Made by a program: the position numbers and the translations under genes
Assembly: GCA_964016885.1 (NCBI GenBank)
Contig: OZ024743.1
Span: 271,808,001-271,872,000, forward strand
Length of the DNA stretch: 64,000 nucleotides
DNA from: Eledone cirrhosa
Taxonomy: Eukaryota
Direction: 5' to 3'
Shown: piece after piece, positions 60,938 to 64,000 of the stretch
How the letters are laid out: each line of letters opens with the position of its first letter
Position numbering within the stretch: position 1 is the first letter of the stretch
Notes under the pieces: model-generated
Told to the model about the DNA's origin: nothing
The model's input: the letters and a program-made list of their open reading frames with translations, nothing else
Databases searched by the model: none

Positions 60938-62665
60938 TATCATCATCATTGTTTAACATCCATTTTTCCACGTTAGCATGAGTTAGATGGGTTGTCCCGT
61001 TTGAGGCAAGTTGGGTCAGGTCAGCATGTCTTGCTCACACAGAACTGTTTCTGGCTTGGTTTCTATGGCTGGATGCCCTTCCTAACACCAACCACATTTA
61101 CAGTGTTTGCTGGGTGCTTTTTGTCGTAACTCCTACACGACCACTTCACAGTGTGGGCTGGGTCAGTGTGAGGTACCTTTTTTTACCTACCTCTCCTACC
61201 CCTCCCCCCACACACACGCATCCAACTTTCCACTTCTGAGGCACCCCCTCGCCAAACTTATGTATACAAGCATGGAAAGTCGAACACACTCTCCAACAAT
61301 GCTACTTATATATATATATAGTAGAGAGTCAGGACCAATGGCTGAACTCTTGCCATTTCGACAGCAAATTCCAGAACTCAGTTGTCAGCCCCTGATTCTC
61401 TATTAAATTTACACTCTACTATCCCAAGTATTGAGTAGTTTGAAACTGACTTTCATCAACCAACAAATTTGCATTTTAAACAAATAGCAATCTGCTCCAC
61501 TCTTTTTGTATAAAACAGAAAGAATTTTCAAACTCCATTTGGATGCGAGACAAACCACAACAGAAACACAAACCCTCCATTTCAAGTTTACTTTTGATAA
61601 TCATAAGAAACCGGTAAAGTAAATAAATATTCTTAAAAGACTCCAGTTTCATTTTCAAATCTTTTCCTGATATATATATATATAGACACCTCTTAACCCC
61701 ATATACCCCCCCCCCCCACACACCCTATCCATCCTCCCATTTCTGTCCACTATGTCAGTGACAACAAAAAGCACCAATCCACACTGCAAACGTGGTTAGT
61801 GCTAGGAAGGGCATCCAGCCGTAGAAAACCTGCCAGAGACACTTCCATATGAGCGAGACACGGTCTCCCGACCAATCCCACATCAAATGGAACAAAGCCG
61901 TCTAAACCCATGCTAGCGTGGAAGATAGATGTTAAACGATGATGATGATGATCAGTATTATACCAGTTTTAAACTAGTAAGACCATTATTCATCATCATC
62001 ATCATCATCATCATCATCGTTTAACGTCTATCTTCCAAGCAAGCATGAGTTTAGACGGGAATTGTCCCACTTGAGGCAAGATCGGTTGTCTAGCTCGTAT
62101 AGGACTGTTTGGCAGGTTTTCTACGGCTGGATGCCCTTCCTAACACCAGCCACGTTTACATATATGTTTATATGTATATATATATATATAAATTATATGT
62201 ATATATATATATATAAATCTAAAGTCTTTCTCAAGCTTCGGAGGCTGACCAGGTCAGTGCCTATCTCGGTTTCCATGGCATTAAGCGACAACATGTTATT
62301 AGAGCTGAGATGCCTTTCAAATGATTCCAAGTGCTTGTTGGATTTCTGGTGCTTCCAATGATTAATGAACGTGCCTTTTGACCAATGAAACATCTTACTT
62401 GTGAAATTAACATGCAAGTGGCTGAGCATTCTACAGACAGGTGTACAATTTATGTAGTTCTTAGAAAGGTTTATTGTGACTCAGCATGTAGGAAAGCTGG
62501 CCTTTTGAATTACAGATACAACTCATTTTTTTCTAGCTGAGTGGATTGGAGTAATGTGAAATATAATGTCTTGCACTATATATCACCTAGAATTGAACTC
62601 ATAGCATCAAGGTTAACAACCTAACCACTAAGCCACATATCTTCATAATTTCATGCTTTACTTAC

Positions 62666-62744
62666 CTGAACTATAGCTCTCATTCCATGGTTTTGCTTGA
62701 CACACGGACAAAAATAAGACCGCAAATACAGTGAACAGCCACAT
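62666..62744 (-). CDS. Multi-avidin gene exon 1: start codon and signal peptide (MWLFTVFAVLFLSVCQA|KPWNESYSS)
   Basis: ATG at 62744-62742, hydrophobic core followed by C-Q-A cleavage motif; phase-1 donor CAG|GTAAGT; an upstream CAG acceptor (62753-62755) suggests a further 5'UTR exon. Confidence 0.8.
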
Positions 62745-62859
62745 CTTATTGTCTGTTGAGGATAAAGATAAAGAGGATGATGATGGTAAAAGCGATGATG
62801 ATGATGGTGATGATGATAATGATGATGATGGTAAAGATGATGATGATGATGTTAGTAAA

Positions 62860-62890
<31 letters not shown>

Positions 62891-63094
62891 TTGATGATGG
62901 TGTTGATGGTGATGATGATGATGATGATGACTTTAAAGATGGTGATGATGATTCTTGGCAGAGCTGTTCTGCTAAAGAACAGGTTGAAGGTGGTGGTTAG
63001 TGATACAGCCACCAGATATGATGGCTAGTTGCAATAAAAGAAGGCAACTGCCAGACAAATAAGCAACCCCGGACCAACAGCGGTAAACTACCAG

Positions 63095-63680
63095 GTGTTC
63101 AAGAAATTGTGGGAGGCTGAATTAAGTGCAAGAATTGCAGGATCTGGTGCAGTAATGTGCCACCTTCAGCATTTGGTAATCAGAAGAAGGGATGTAGGCA
63201 TAAAAGCTAAACTCGCTATATTTAATTCGGTATCTATGCCAACCCTTACCTATGGTCATGAATCTTGGGTAATGACCAAAAGAATATGATCGTGAATACA
63301 AGCGGCCGAAATGGAATTCCTCTGAAGGGTCTTTGGAGTAACGTTACTTAATAGAGTACATAGCTTGGATATCAGAGAGTCACTTCAGGTAGAAATACTA
63401 CTTCTCCGAATTGAGAGACCACAGCTCCGATACTACGGGCATGTTGTTAGAATGTCTAAAGAAAGTATCGCTGGACAGATTTTACAGGCAAAACCAACTG
63501 GCAGGAGACCCAGTGGTAGAGCCCAAGCAAAATGGTTGGCTAACATACATGAGTTTGGCTTGTCTCTCTTGGGATCCAGTCGGATCTGTTGGAGGTGGTT
63601 GCTTCTGACAGGACCCGCTGGAAGGAATAAATAGACGAAGAAGAAGAGATAATGATGAGGATGATGAGGATGATGATGAT
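63095..63680 (+). mobile_element. RTE-like LINE 3' fragment; related copies at 52975-53440 and about 130-365
   Basis: KLAIFNSV..PTLTYGHESW; QLRYYGHVVRM; GRRPSGR; GAA/GAT tail. Confidence 0.75.
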
Positions 63681-64000
63681 GGTGTAGATGGTGCGGGAAA
63701 AGATAATACGTAAAGTTGAACTCAATGGGATCTGAACTCAGAACATAAATAGCCGAAATAAATGCTGCCGTACTTTTGTTCAACACCCTATCAATTCTGC
63801 CAATCCACTACTACACACTAGATTAATAATTGTTTCTATGTTTGGCACAAGGCCAGCAATTTAAAAATCAATTAAATCGACTGCAGTGTATTACTAGTAT
63901 TTTATTGACTTCATAAGGATTAAGCTAACTTTGGCAGGATTTGGACTCAGAACATAAAGAGCAGCAAAGTATGTTGTCTGACGCTCTACCAATACTACCA

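Overview
AT-rich, microsatellite-dense eukaryotic DNA. The repeat landscape (RTE LINEs, tRNA-derived SINEs with (ATG)n tails, Penelope-like elements) suggests a cephalopod such as Octopus; this is an inference. The main result is a minus-strand gene of about 16 exons spanning about 58 kb (62744 to about 4969), which the ORF track misses because the exons are short. I assembled it by hand from GT-AG exons with compatible phases. It encodes a secreted protein of about 540 aa: signal peptide + [divergent avidin-like barrel A1 - linker - canonical avidin B1] + [A2 - linker - avidin B2]. This looks like a natural single-chain, four-barrel avidin with two probably functional biotin sites and two degenerate ones, built by internal duplication of a 7-exon unit. 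The introns hold a Penelope-like RT/GIY-YIG element, RTE/CR1/Tx1 LINE remnants, SINEs, several MITEs and two minisatellites (35 bp and 47 bp). They also hold many (TA)n-anchored inverted duplications, several carrying type I hammerhead ribozyme motifs from different families.
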